The notes under the pieces were generated by a model. The model was given only the letters and a program-made list of their open reading frames with translations, searched no databases and was not told where the DNA came from. A DNA stretch of 64,000 nt from Patescibacteria group bacterium (lineage in GTDB: Bacteria; Patescibacteriota; Minisyncoccia; Portnoybacterales; GWB1-42-6). Made by a program: the position numbers and the translations under genes. The stretch covers positions 210,183 through 274,182 of the forward strand of contig JAKLIA010000002.1 in assembly GCA_022709865.1 (NCBI GenBank), written 5' to 3'. Position 1 is the first letter of the stretch; the number at the start of each line of letters is the position of its first letter. Below, one piece after another: positions 21,211 to 30,652 of this stretch.

Positions 21211-21708
21211 CTAAAAATCCACCAAGCCCGAAGAATAAATTGTAATTTGCCGGGAAAAATTGCCGTTTTGCAACACAAAAGCCTGAGAACCGGAATTAGC
21301 TCCATTAATATAGGTTATCGGCTCTGGCGGAGTAAAAAAAATACTTGCGCTTGAGGGCGTCAACGTGGTGTCGGCAGGCAAAGTTACTGTCTCTATTTTA
21401 ACGCTTACCCCTTCTTGATACACTTTGCTTGAGTCTGCGTTATAAAAAAGACAATATTGACTGGAAGATAAAGAATAGAATCCATAGCCGGTAGGGACTG
21501 ACGCGCTATAAGTCCGGCCCGATAAGGCCATATTTTGCGCTTGCCTAAGAGAAGATATCAATTGCTGGGTGCTGCGCGAAACATCATAGCGTTTCTGCCC
21601 CGTCCAATAGCCAGCCATTACCACGCTCGACAAGACAACAATGATGGCCATAACCACCAAAAGCTCAATTATAGTAAACCCGCGATGTTTTTGGCCGAAT
21701 ATTTTCAT
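21211..21708 (-). CDS. Type IV minor pilin / pseudopilin (FimT/GspH-like)
   Basis: MKIFGQKHRG|FTIIELLVVMAIIVVL prepilin motif. Confidence 0.7.
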   Translation of the reverse strand: MKIFGQKHRGFTIIELLVVMAIIVVLSSVVMAGYWTGQKRYDVSRSTQQLISSLRQAQNMALSGRTYSASVPTGYGFYSLSSSQYCLFYNADSSKVYQEGVSVKIETVTLPADTTLTPSSASIFFTPPEPITYINGANSGSQAFVLQNGNFSRQITIYSSGLVDF

Positions 21709-21816
21709 TAAATATATTATACCATTTTAACTAAATAAAAAAAGCGCCATAAAAACAAAGCTCGGCTTAGAAAACCTCTAAGCCGAGCTTTTAAAACTTC
21801 CTGGTCAAAACATTTC

Positions 21817-23757
21817 CTACTGCGGCGCAGTCTCTTTCCAATCAGGCAAAGGCAAGCGAATAGAAAGAGCCTCTGTTCTTTGTGCCGGATAACCATCACT
21901 GTCAGTAATATTTAAAGTTATCTGGGCTAGCCCGCTAGCGGAGAAGGTTACTTGAGGCGCGGCTTGGCCATCGGCTGAAGCCGGAGTGCCACCCGCGAAA
22001 GTCCAATGATAATTAGCTAAAGGACAATCTATTTCTGTTCCGTTGTTTCTATAACACTTAACAATGGCACCAAAAACTGCTTCTTCGCCAACTGAAGGAT
22101 TAGCCGGCGCCCAATAAAGATCGGTGATGGAAGGATATTGGTGCAAAGGAGTGGTAAAAGAGGAGGTAGAAGGAGTTATCCAATCGGAACTAGCGCCGTG
22201 ATTATCCCATACTTTCAGCCGCCAATAATATTTCTGGTTATAAACTAATTTTCCGGAACCTGTGGCATAAGCCTGAGAAGCCGAAGAGATTTGTCCTGTA
22301 TCAACAACTGTGCCTGGACCGGAGAACCCAGCATTAGTAGCTATCTGGATTTGATAAGCAGATTGAGTGTCGCCTGCATCCGGGTCAGTGAATGTCCAGG
22401 AGAATGTGGCAGCTGGACCGGAAGAGCGATAGTCTGGCTGGGTAGCTAATAAATTAATCGCGCTAGGCGGAATATTGCACGGCTCAATGTTGCAAGCTTG
22501 AGTTTGGGTTGCAGAACCAGAACAGCTGGCCCCACCGCAAGGCGCGGGATTGGTGCAAGTTCGAGTGCTTGTTTGTGTGCCGCCACCACAAGAGACAGAG
22601 CAACTAGACCAACTAGACCAACTAGACCAGCCGCCAGCAACCGCACAATCGGCCGCGCAAGAAGAACAGGTCTCTGTGCCGTTACAAACCCCATCACCGC
22701 AACAAACCGCCGCACCGGTTTTGTATGGCCCGGCGATAGCGTTGCCTAAAGTGCTATACGGAAAAATAACATTTGGACTATTGTCTATATTAAAAAACTT
22801 ATTAGCGCCAGTCACGACCCCCCCGCCAACAGGCAAGCCCCATTCTCCTGTTATAACATAAGGATAAGTATAATCGCCTAAAGATTTCATTACATAAGCC
22901 ACATACATATTATCCGGCGCTGTTGCATCAGTAAATGAACAAACCTTGCCCGAGCATAGCTCGCTATATGGCAAAGTTCTTAAAGCCCCAACATCTGAAG
23001 CAGTATTATAAGCATTCTCACCGCACGAAGAAACGTTTGAAGCATTACAACTATCAGAGTCCGTCCTGAGCCAGCCATTTCCTACCTGAGTTTTTATATA
23101 ATAAAACCAACTGTCCAGAGCGCTCTGGCTGCTGCTGCTAGGCAGAGTTAAGCGATAAATAGCTACTTGGCGACTATTGTCAGATGAATAATCTGGCGCC
23201 TGCTGAAAACTGCTAGAAACAACAGCGGTCGCATAGCACTTTGAACCAACCCTAATAGATTGGCTAAGAACCCAATAATCGGATACGGCCGAGGCACAAT
23301 TTGTATCCACATAACGATGAGCACTGTTATCTAAGGCGTCTACAGTATGCACTACACCATTACATTGGCCCCACTCATCATGTTGCGTGCAATCGTTATA
23401 AGTATAATACCGATAATAATAATCAGGGCGGGGGTTATAGAAAGTTACTGGTATTTGAAAACTGCAATCAGTGCCAGACATTGACGTCGGGACGATGGTC
23501 ACACCACCACCAGAAGAAGAGATATCGCAAATCACGCCTGTATAACAAAGAACTGCCGCACCCGGATCAAGCGGAGAAAGAAGAATAGAGACGATATTAA
23601 CTCCTATTGCCTGCGATACCGCATTAATAACATTTGATAGGCCGCCGGTTAAAATACTAACAACACTGCCCGCTTGCGCAGTTTTGGCCGACAGCAAAGA
23701 GAAGGAAATCGCCACTAATAAAATAACTATAAAAACTTTGTTTTTAAATAAGCTCAT
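21817..23757 (-). CDS. Large secreted protein with thrombospondin type-1 repeat and FN3-like region (candidate pilus-associated adhesin)
   Basis: Signal peptide [29 protein letters not shown] and a canonical TSP1 repeat [35 protein letters not shown]. Lies at the head of the minor-pilin operon. Confidence 0.6.
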   Translation of the reverse strand: MSLFKNKVFIVILLVAISFSLLSAKTAQAGSVVSILTGGLSNVINAVSQAIGVNIVSILLSPLDPGAAVLCYTGVICDISSSGGGVTIVPTSMSGTDCSFQIPVTFYNPRPDYYYRYYTYNDCTQHDEWGQCNGVVHTVDALDNSAHRYVDTNCASAVSDYWVLSQSIRVGSKCYATAVVSSSFQQAPDYSSDNSRQVAIYRLTLPSSSSQSALDSWFYYIKTQVGNGWLRTDSDSCNASNVSSCGENAYNTASDVGALRTLPYSELCSGKVCSFTDATAPDNMYVAYVMKSLGDYTYPYVITGEWGLPVGGGVVTGANKFFNIDNSPNVIFPYSTLGNAIAGPYKTGAAVCCGDGVCNGTETCSSCAADCAVAGGWSSWSSWSSCSVSCGGGTQTSTRTCTNPAPCGGASCSGSATQTQACNIEPCNIPPSAINLLATQPDYRSSGPAATFSWTFTDPDAGDTQSAYQIQIATNAGFSGPGTVVDTGQISSASQAYATGSGKLVYNQKYYWRLKVWDNHGASSDWITPSTSSFTTPLHQYPSITDLYWAPANPSVGEEAVFGAIVKCYRNNGTEIDCPLANYHWTFAGGTPASADGQAAPQVTFSASGLAQITLNITDSDGYPAQRTEALSIRLPLPDWKETAPQ

Positions 23758-23848
23758 GGTCAGATTTATTAAAAAATAAATTCAAAACCTCTAACTACAT
23801 CATACCATAATTGCCTATCTCTTCCTGAATGTTATCCACAGCAAAAGA

Positions 23849-23879
23849 AAAAGCGCATAACCGTTTCGGTTATGCGCTT
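23849..23879. terminator. Rho-independent terminator
   Basis: AAAGCGCATAACCG-tttc-GGTTATGCGCTT: a perfect 12-bp stem with A/T flanks. Confidence 0.7.
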
Positions 23880-23886
23880 ATATTCC

Positions 23887-24486
23887 TTAGTTTATCCAGC
23901 TTTTTACCAGCTGAATAGCAACTTGAGAGTTAAGCACTTCGGTGTGCTCTCCCTCAACAACTTTCTGCTCCGTGATCTTCTTGCCGCGAAGGTCTAGGGC
24001 AGACTTAAGGTCAACGACTCCGTCATTTCTTTCTTCCCCCATGTAAAACTTCGGGGTCAGATTGTTATAGGCTGCAATAACATACAACGGAGTCTGGCTT
24101 GCCTGGTCTCCGGCGTCAAAAAAGAATCTGACGAACGCGGGACCAAATCCGCCATGAGGAGAAGCGATAGTAATAATCTTCTCCACCACGCCGGGGTTGT
24201 CTGCATCCATTCTTCGGGCAATTAAACCACCCCAAGAATGAGCAACAATAATGAATCTGCCATCTATCCCTGCCTCCCTGATGCGCTTTAAAAGATCTCT
24301 TGCTGCTTCTTCTAAAGACCACATTTTTTCAGGAACAATGGCGATCGCCCCGGGAATATTGTCCTTCAACCCGCCAAGCTGCTCTACATTGCTGCCCACG
24401 CCCCCCACGACAACAACCGGAGTATTAGCGAGGGCAACCGATGCTACCAACAAAAAACCTACTACCAACAATGCTGTCTTTTTCAT
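23887..24486 (-). CDS. Secreted alpha/beta hydrolase (lipase/esterase-like)
   Basis: Signal peptide and nucleophile elbow VAHSWGG (GxSxG); 199 aa. Confidence 0.65.
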   Translation of the reverse strand: MKKTALLVVGFLLVASVALANTPVVVVGGVGSNVEQLGGLKDNIPGAIAIVPEKMWSLEEAARDLLKRIREAGIDGRFIIVAHSWGGLIARRMDADNPGVVEKIITIASPHGGFGPAFVRFFFDAGDQASQTPLYVIAAYNNLTPKFYMGEERNDGVVDLKSALDLRGKKITEQKVVEGEHTEVLNSQVAIQLVKSWIN

Positions 24487-24590
24487 CTTAATGCCCTCCT
24501 TTTTGGCTTATTTATTCTATTTTTAAAGGCCTGTGAAACGTCCTTTTTACACCATTTCTTTCTATCTCTATTATACACTAATTAAAATAT

Positions 24591-26087
24591 TTGTCAAGCC
24601 TAGAGGCTATTTGCTATAATCAAGCTATGTTGCTACCTTTTCTCTCTTCCCTCCTAGGCATTATAGCTTTCCTGCCGCTAAATTGCTATCCGGCCAGCCT
24701 TGTTTTCCTAATTCCGCTTTTTATTTTCTTTTTAAAAGAAAATAAGCTTTGGCGGCTGGTCGCTGGCGCCTTTATTTTTAAAATTGTCTTTGCGCTGGGC
24801 GCGGCGTATTTCACTCTGGAACCGATTGCCTGGGCTTCGGAACTTTTAATTATTTTCTTTTTGCCGCTTAATATCTGGCTGGCTAAAAAATTGCTTCACC
24901 ACCTCTGCCAATCGCAGCCAATCAATTTTTTCAATAAAGAGCTCGCTCTGCTTTTTCTTTTGCCCTTTTTATTCACCCTTTCCGACATCCTGCAGGCCCG
25001 ATTCTCTTTATTGCCCAGCTACATTATGGCGGCCGGCAATAGTTTGGGCTCCTCCCCTTTCTTGGGGCTGGCGGGCTTAGGCGGAATAACTTTTTTAACT
25101 TTTTTTGCCGCGTTAATTAATGCCTTGCTGGCTGCCCTATTTTTAAAATTGCGCTCGCTTTACAAAAATAAAAACAATTCGCCAGCGCCAGAGAAAAAAA
25201 CGTGCTTTGTTCTTGCTGCCTTGTTGGTTCTAGCGCTGCTAGCCGGCTGGCTAATTTCTTTTTGGCAACTAAACAAAAATACCGACGAATATAACAGCAA
25301 AACTAGTATTATTAAAATCGCTGTCTTATCAGCCAAGGAATCTTTATATCCGGCTCAATTCGAAGAGACAAAAAAAGAGCTAACCAAACAACAGATAGAC
25401 CTCCTGGTCCTGCCGGAAAATATTTTTTACGACCCCGCCAACCCCGCCTACTTTTCCAACAATTACACCGGCTTCATGCAAAACCTGGCCCAAGAAATTG
25501 GCGCCAATGTTATCGCTGTTTTTGATACCTTCCAAGAACAAAAAAAATATAATTCGGCGGTTCTATTCAACAAACTAGGCGAGACTATCGGCATCCATAG
25601 CAAGTTCCGCATTACTTTTGCCGGCGAATATTGGCCTTTTGGCTCGTGGCAACCGCCGCTATCGGATCTTTTAAAAAAATCCTCGCCAGAGATAAAGAAC
25701 TTTGCCGTGTTTGACCCTAAGAACGCTTACAGCCGCGGCCAACAAAATAATCTTAATATTGTTTCTCAAAATAAAAGCGTTGTTTTTGCCGCGCCGGTTT
25801 GCTTGGAAATCCAATACCCCGACGACTTAAAATATTATCGGCAAACCGGCGCCCAATTTATCGTTAATCCGTCCAGCAACCGCTGGGTAGGGACCGGTTT
25901 AAAACACTTTCTCTATTTAACCGGCAACCTAAAAAAAATCGAGGCCGTCTGGCTGGGCTTGCCGGTCATTTCCAGCGGCGTTAAAGACTATGCTGGCCTA
26001 ACGCTGCCTAACGGCCAAACTTTTTTAAAAGACTCCTTAGAGTCAAACTTAAATTACACGTTGTTTTTTGGGGAAATAAAATATTAA
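24591..26087 (+). CDS. lnt: Apolipoprotein N-acyltransferase-like (N-terminal polytopic domain plus C-terminal CN-hydrolase)
   Basis: N-terminal ~6 TM helices followed by a nitrilase-fold E-K-C triad context (LLVLPE, HSK, PVCLE). The only plus-strand gene in the window. Confidence 0.6.
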   Translation: MSSLEAICYNQAMLLPFLSSLLGIIAFLPLNCYPASLVFLIPLFIFFLKENKLWRLVAGAFIFKIVFALGAAYFTLEPIAWASELLIIFFLPLNIWLAKKLLHHLCQSQPINFFNKELALLFLLPFLFTLSDILQARFSLLPSYIMAAGNSLGSSPFLGLAGLGGITFLTFFAALINALLAALFLKLRSLYKNKNNSPAPEKKTCFVLAALLVLALLAGWLISFWQLNKNTDEYNSKTSIIKIAVLSAKESLYPAQFEETKKELTKQQIDLLVLPENIFYDPANPAYFSNNYTGFMQNLAQEIGANVIAVFDTFQEQKKYNSAVLFNKLGETIGIHSKFRITFAGEYWPFGSWQPPLSDLLKKSSPEIKNFAVFDPKNAYSRGQQNNLNIVSQNKSVVFAAPVCLEIQYPDDLKYYRQTGAQFIVNPSSNRWVGTGLKHFLYLTGNLKKIEAVWLGLPVISSGVKDYAGLTLPNGQTFLKDSLESNLNYTLFFGEIKY

Positions 26088-26100
26088 TTTAAGCCAAACA

Positions 26101-26131
26101 AAAAACCTTCCGTTTTGCCGGAAGGTTTTTA
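26101..26131. terminator. Rho-independent terminator (bidirectional)
   Basis: AAAAAACCTTCCGttttgCCGGAAGGTTTTTAT. Confidence 0.75.
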
Positions 26132-26141
26132 TATTGCGCTT

Positions 26142-26447
26142 TTACGCTTTTATTATCCGATAAGGCACAGCGCCCGAGGCCATCAGCCAAGGGTAAAGCC
26201 AAAGGGTTTTTGCTAGATAACAAACAAGGGCAAAAACAATAATGATAATTCCCTCTTTGCGCCGATTTTTTTCCGTTAGCAGGGAAATGCCCAAAATTAA
26301 GCCGGCCGCCAGGCTAAAAAGAGACGTCGCCAGCGCCACCCAAAACCATTTTTTGCCTAAGGCAAATAACTCATTGGAGAATAATTGTTCTGACATATTT
26401 TTAAAATTATCACTAATTAAAACTATCCATTTTAGTATAGCACGCAA
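26142..26447 (-). CDS. Small membrane protein, hypothetical
   Basis: 101 aa with 2-3 TM helices. Confidence 0.35.
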   Translation of the reverse strand: MRAILKWIVLISDNFKNMSEQLFSNELFALGKKWFWVALATSLFSLAAGLILGISLLTEKNRRKEGIIIIVFALVCYLAKTLWLYPWLMASGAVPYRIIKA

Positions 26448-26491
26448 TTAGCCAGATAACTTGTGGATAATCCTCATTAAAAAATCTTTAT

Positions 26492-27274
26492 TTAAAAGCC
26501 AAGCAAAAAATAAAGCCAATCAAAAAAACGCTCTCCGGCAAAATAGACCCCCATCGTTCCAAAAACCAGAAAAGGCCCAAAAGGAATCTGCGATTTCATT
26601 GTTTTTTTGCCCAAGAGCATCAGCAAGACTCCGGCCGCTGCGCCAATAAAAAAAGCCAAAAACAAAGCCATAAAAATACCCGGCCAGCCCAATAATAAGC
26701 CCATCAAAAAAGCTAACTTTATGTCGCCTATTCCCATTCCCCGGCCGCGGGTAATCAAAACTAAAGACAAGAAAAAGGCTGCTGCGCCAAAAGCGGAAAA
26801 AAGATACGGATAGAAACCCGCCAATCCCCCGGTTAATAGCCAACTCTTGCTTATAGCTAACAAAAAGGCTGCGCCGATAGCCGGCCAAAGGACTTTGTCC
26901 GGAATGACATAATGGCGTAGGTCATAAACAAAAACGACAACTAAGCTGGCGGCAATATACCAATTGAGCGCTAATTGAAAAATAAAAAGTGAGTTAGGCT
27001 CCACAAACTTATAAGCCAAAACAAAAAGAGCGCCGGTAATTATTTCTACCAACGGATATTGGAGAGAGATAGCCTTTTGGCAATAACGGCAGCGGCGGCG
27101 CAAAAGAATGAAGCTTAAAAGCGGTATCAGATCAAGCCAACTTAAAACATGGCCGCAATGAGGGCAATGAGAACGGCTTTTTACTATTTCCTCTCCTGTG
27201 GCTAAACGGCAAATAACTACGTTTAAAAAACTGCCGATAGTCAAACCAAAAATAAAAATTAAAACTTCCGCCAT
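26492..27274 (-). CDS. pilD: Prepilin peptidase (A24 family)
   Basis: N-terminal tetracysteine CPHCGH...CRYC, catalytic Asp region and GMGIGDIKLAFLMG; 260 aa. Confidence 0.85.
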   Translation of the reverse strand: MAEVLIFIFGLTIGSFLNVVICRLATGEEIVKSRSHCPHCGHVLSWLDLIPLLSFILLRRRCRYCQKAISLQYPLVEIITGALFVLAYKFVEPNSLFIFQLALNWYIAASLVVVFVYDLRHYVIPDKVLWPAIGAAFLLAISKSWLLTGGLAGFYPYLFSAFGAAAFFLSLVLITRGRGMGIGDIKLAFLMGLLLGWPGIFMALFLAFFIGAAAGVLLMLLGKKTMKSQIPFGPFLVFGTMGVYFAGERFFDWLYFLLGF

Positions 27275-27315
27275 ATATTTTGTTAGCGCTATTTGCTTTA
27301 TTTTATCATTTTTCT

Positions 27316-27358
27316 AAAACAAAAACCATTAGCTTTGAGCTGATGGTTTTTGTTTTTT
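27316..27358 (-). terminator. Rho-independent terminator downstream of pilA
   Basis: AACAAAAACCATTAGC-tttga-GCTGATGGTTTTTGTTTT: a ~15-bp stem with one mismatch and a T-run. Confidence 0.6.
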
Positions 27359-27378
27359 CCAAATTTAGAAAAGTCAAA

Positions 27379-27834
27379 TTAAGGAGTCACGTCATAAACC
27401 GGGTCTGTGCCAGCAAAGCCACTAGTAGCGCAATCGGCCGCAGCCGCATCCGCATCACTGTTTAAAGCAGTGTTAGGCAAAGCTTCTAGTCCCGCTACCT
27501 TAGTTCCTAAATGATATCCTTTAGTGGCAGACACGCAATATTGGTATGAGTTTGTTCCGTCCGGATCCAATGGCACCGCGCTAAGATAGGTTGGAGTCAA
27601 GGTGCTTAAAGCAGCCGGATAAGAGCCAGAGGCGTCATAATACATCTGCAAAGCCAGCTGCACTTGGCGAATATCAGAAATACGCCGCGCGTCGCGAGCT
27701 TTAGCCCGAGCGGTATTCAGCGAAACCATCACAATAGTCGCTAAAATACCGATGATAGAAATAACTACCAAAAGTTCGATCAAAGTAAAACCCTTCGTTA
27801 AGTAAGATTTTTTTTGTTCTTTCATTTTTTTCAC
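27379..27834 (-). CDS. pilA: Type IV major pilin
   Basis: KG|FTLIELLVVISIIGILA prepilin signal; 151 aa; a C-terminal Cys pair (CVSATKG...DCATSG); has its own terminator. Confidence 0.8.
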   Translation of the reverse strand: MKKMKEQKKSYLTKGFTLIELLVVISIIGILATIVMVSLNTARAKARDARRISDIRQVQLALQMYYDASGSYPAALSTLTPTYLSAVPLDPDGTNSYQYCVSATKGYHLGTKVAGLEALPNTALNSDADAAAADCATSGFAGTDPVYDVTP

Positions 27835-27864
27835 CTCCCTTCCATGCCGCGCTAAAGCGCGTAT

Positions 27865-29076
27865 TTATATACTATTAGCTACGCCATAAATTGGCATCAA
27901 AATTGCCGATACCAGAATAGCTACGCCGCCGCCGATCATTAAAATAAGTATCGGCTCTATCAATTGCGACATAGTTGCCGCGGTATTATCTACTTCTTTA
28001 TTATAAAACTGTCCGAGTTTTTTTAAAATAGTGTCCAAAGACCCCGTTTGCTCGCCCGTAGCGATCATTTGTGTTACCAAAGCCGGAATCTCTTTGTGTT
28101 TGGCAAAAGAGCTGGAAAGAGTATTGCCAACCCTGACCTCTTCTTTAGCTTCTGATACTATTTTTTGATAAACAACATTCCCCACCACTTCGCTGGTTAC
28201 TTGCAGGGCTTGCAAAATGGAAAGTCCGCCCTGGATCAAAGTGCTCAGATTATCAGCAATGCGCGTGATGTAAATCTTTTGAAAAACTTTTTTGCCAAAA
28301 ACGGGCAGATGGATCTTTAAAGTATCCCATCTTTCCCGCGCGACAGGCGAAGTCCTGATAGCATGGACAATATAATAAGCGCCCGCTGCTAGCGCCATTC
28401 CCAATAACCACCACCAATCTATTAAAAAATTAGAGAGAGCAATAAGCGCTTTGGTAGTAAACGGCAATTCCTGCCCGGATTCTTTCAAAAAGCTGGTTAA
28501 TTTAGGAACCACCATGATCATCATCAAAACCACGATCAAAACGAAAGCGCCTAAAATAAAGATTGGATAAGTTAAGGCCCCGCGAATCTTGGAGTTTAGA
28601 TCGTATTGTTTTTCCAAATAATCAGCTAAGTAATTTAATGATGCTTCTAGCCCCCCTGAGGCCTCGCCGGCTTTTATCATATTAACAAAAAAATCAGAAA
28701 AAACTTTCGGATGCTTGGCTAAAGCCTTTGAAAATACTGTGCCACCCTCAACATCACCGGCTACTTCAAAAATGATCTCCCTGAAATATTCGTTTTCCGT
28801 TTGGTTGGAAAGCGATTGCAAAGAAGAAAGAAGCGGCACCTGCGCTGAAACCAAAGTCGCCAGCTGCCTGGAGAAGTTGGTGAGGTCTTTCATTTTTACC
28901 CGCTGGAATATCTTTAATTTAGCCGAAAAAATAGACCCGCTTCGTCCGCTTTTTAGGTCCAGCAACACCAAGCCCCGCCCTTGCAACGTTTCAATGGCGC
29001 TATTGCGGCTAGATGCTTCCACGGCTCCGGTTTGCATCTCCCCTTGTTTTGTTCGAGCAATATAATTAAACTCCAT
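27865..29076 (-). CDS. pilC: Type IV pilus assembly platform protein PilC (GspF family)
   Basis: 403 aa with two GspF repeats and three TM segments. Confidence 0.85.
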   Translation of the reverse strand: MEFNYIARTKQGEMQTGAVEASSRNSAIETLQGRGLVLLDLKSGRSGSIFSAKLKIFQRVKMKDLTNFSRQLATLVSAQVPLLSSLQSLSNQTENEYFREIIFEVAGDVEGGTVFSKALAKHPKVFSDFFVNMIKAGEASGGLEASLNYLADYLEKQYDLNSKIRGALTYPIFILGAFVLIVVLMMIMVVPKLTSFLKESGQELPFTTKALIALSNFLIDWWWLLGMALAAGAYYIVHAIRTSPVARERWDTLKIHLPVFGKKVFQKIYITRIADNLSTLIQGGLSILQALQVTSEVVGNVVYQKIVSEAKEEVRVGNTLSSSFAKHKEIPALVTQMIATGEQTGSLDTILKKLGQFYNKEVDNTAATMSQLIEPILILMIGGGVAILVSAILMPIYGVANSI

Positions 29077-29086
29077 AATTCATTTT

Positions 29087-30160
29087 TTACCTCTGCAAAA
29101 TCATTTTTAATTCGTGGGCGTTGTTAGAATATGTTTGGGCATTTTCAAGGCTAATCATACCGCGATTTACCAAATCTACCAAGGACCGATTTAATGAGAT
29201 CATGCCTTCTTCGGCGCTCGTTTCTATCACCATATCAATTTGGTGCGTTTTGCCTTCACGGATCAGATTGCGAACTGCGGAATTAGCGATCAAAAGCTCT
29301 ACCGCGTTGATCATTCCGCCTTTTACCGACGGAATTAAGCGGCGGGAAAGAATGCCCAGCAGCGTAGCAGAAAGCTGCATACGGATCTGCGTTTGCTGAT
29401 GTGGCGGAAAGCTGTCAATAATGCGGTCAACGGTTTGGGCGGCGGTATTGGTATGCAAAGTAGAAAAGATCAAGTGCCCTGTCTCGGCCGCGGTCATAGC
29501 GGTGGAAATAGTTTCAGAATCCCGCATCTCCCCGATCATCGCCACATCCGCATCTTGGCGGAACATTGCCCGAAGCCCCTGCTGAAAATCGGCCACATCC
29601 ACGCTCACTTCGCGCTGGTCAATAATGCATTTATCCTGCGGGAAAATATATTCTATTGGGTCCTCAATAGTTATCATGTGGTCTTGGCGGGTATGGTTTA
29701 TTTCGTCCACCATCGCGGCTAACGCCGTTGATTTGCCGTGCCCCGACGGCCCCACCACCAAGAAAAATCCTTGAGTAGCCTGGGTAAATTGGTGCAAAAT
29801 ATGCGGTAAGCTTAATTCTTCGATCGTGCGTATCTTAGCGGGTATAAACCGCATCGCCGCCGCGATATTATTGCTTTCCTGATAAATGTTAACCCGGAAT
29901 CTGGCCTTATCTTTATACGCCATCGAAAGATCGACATCTTTGTTAAGCAAAAACTTTTCTTCTTGCTCTTTATTAAGCAAGCTCATAATCAGGCTCCTGG
30001 CGCGCTCGGGCGAAAGCGTTTCCCGGTCAGCCAGCATTGTTAGGCTTCCATCAACTCTAAGGATAGGCGGCCGGCCAACCGAAAGGTGCAAATCGGTAGC
30101 ATCACGTTTTATAACCTCTTCTAAAAGATCTTCTATGTCTTTTTTATAATCATCTGGCAT
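29087..30160 (-). CDS. pilT: Type IV pilus retraction ATPase PilT
   Basis: 357 aa; Walker A VVGPSGHGKST and a PilT-family secretion ATPase core. Confidence 0.8.
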   Translation of the reverse strand: MPDDYKKDIEDLLEEVIKRDATDLHLSVGRPPILRVDGSLTMLADRETLSPERARSLIMSLLNKEQEEKFLLNKDVDLSMAYKDKARFRVNIYQESNNIAAAMRFIPAKIRTIEELSLPHILHQFTQATQGFFLVVGPSGHGKSTALAAMVDEINHTRQDHMITIEDPIEYIFPQDKCIIDQREVSVDVADFQQGLRAMFRQDADVAMIGEMRDSETISTAMTAAETGHLIFSTLHTNTAAQTVDRIIDSFPPHQQTQIRMQLSATLLGILSRRLIPSVKGGMINAVELLIANSAVRNLIREGKTHQIDMVIETSAEEGMISLNRSLVDLVNRGMISLENAQTYSNNAHELKMILQR

Positions 30161-30195
30161 AAATATTTTTTATAATTTTATAATAAAGGATTTAG

Positions 30196-30618
30196 CTATG
30201 GCGTTATTACGTTATTGCAATCCTGGGTATAACCGTGCAAGAAATCCGTTTCTAAACAAAAAGTTATTGTATAAGTTGAATCGTCCGCCGAAGATTTATA
30301 AGTATAAACATACTCTCCGGTATTCGTGGGATCCGTAACCGGCCCAGATAAAAGTTTTTCGTTTATTAAGGCTTGGGATAGGGTGTCTGTTCCTGTTATG
30401 ACTGCCCCATCGGGCTCAGAAGGATAGGCAATATTTTGGACTTGATACAAAGCCAAGGCATCTCTAAAGGCTTTCATATCTGTCACTCGCCTGTCGTCCC
30501 GGCTTCGCGCCCTAACATTATTCATGGAAACCATGGTTATCGAAGCTAAAACTCCGATAATGGAAATGACCACTAAAAGCTCTATTAAAGTAAATCCGGT
30601 CTGTTTTCTTTGAAACAT
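30196..30618 (-). CDS. Type IV pilin (second pilin gene between pilT and pilB)
   Basis: MFQRKQTG|FTLIELLVVISIIGVLA. Confidence 0.75.
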   Translation of the reverse strand: MFQRKQTGFTLIELLVVISIIGVLASITMVSMNNVRARSRDDRRVTDMKAFRDALALYQVQNIAYPSEPDGAVITGTDTLSQALINEKLLSGPVTDPTNTGEYVYTYKSSADDSTYTITFCLETDFLHGYTQDCNNVITP

Positions 30619-30652
30619 AATAAAATTATTAATCTCCTAATTTAATCAAAAC

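Noticed and set aside
21717-21899. 60-aa minus-strand ORF
   Set aside because: It overlaps the 3' end of the TSP1 protein gene and the intergenic spacer, with no motif.
22446-22861. ORFs in alternative frames rich in Ala, Arg and Pro
   Set aside because: Artefacts of the locally GC-rich TSP1-repeat coding region of the 646-aa protein.
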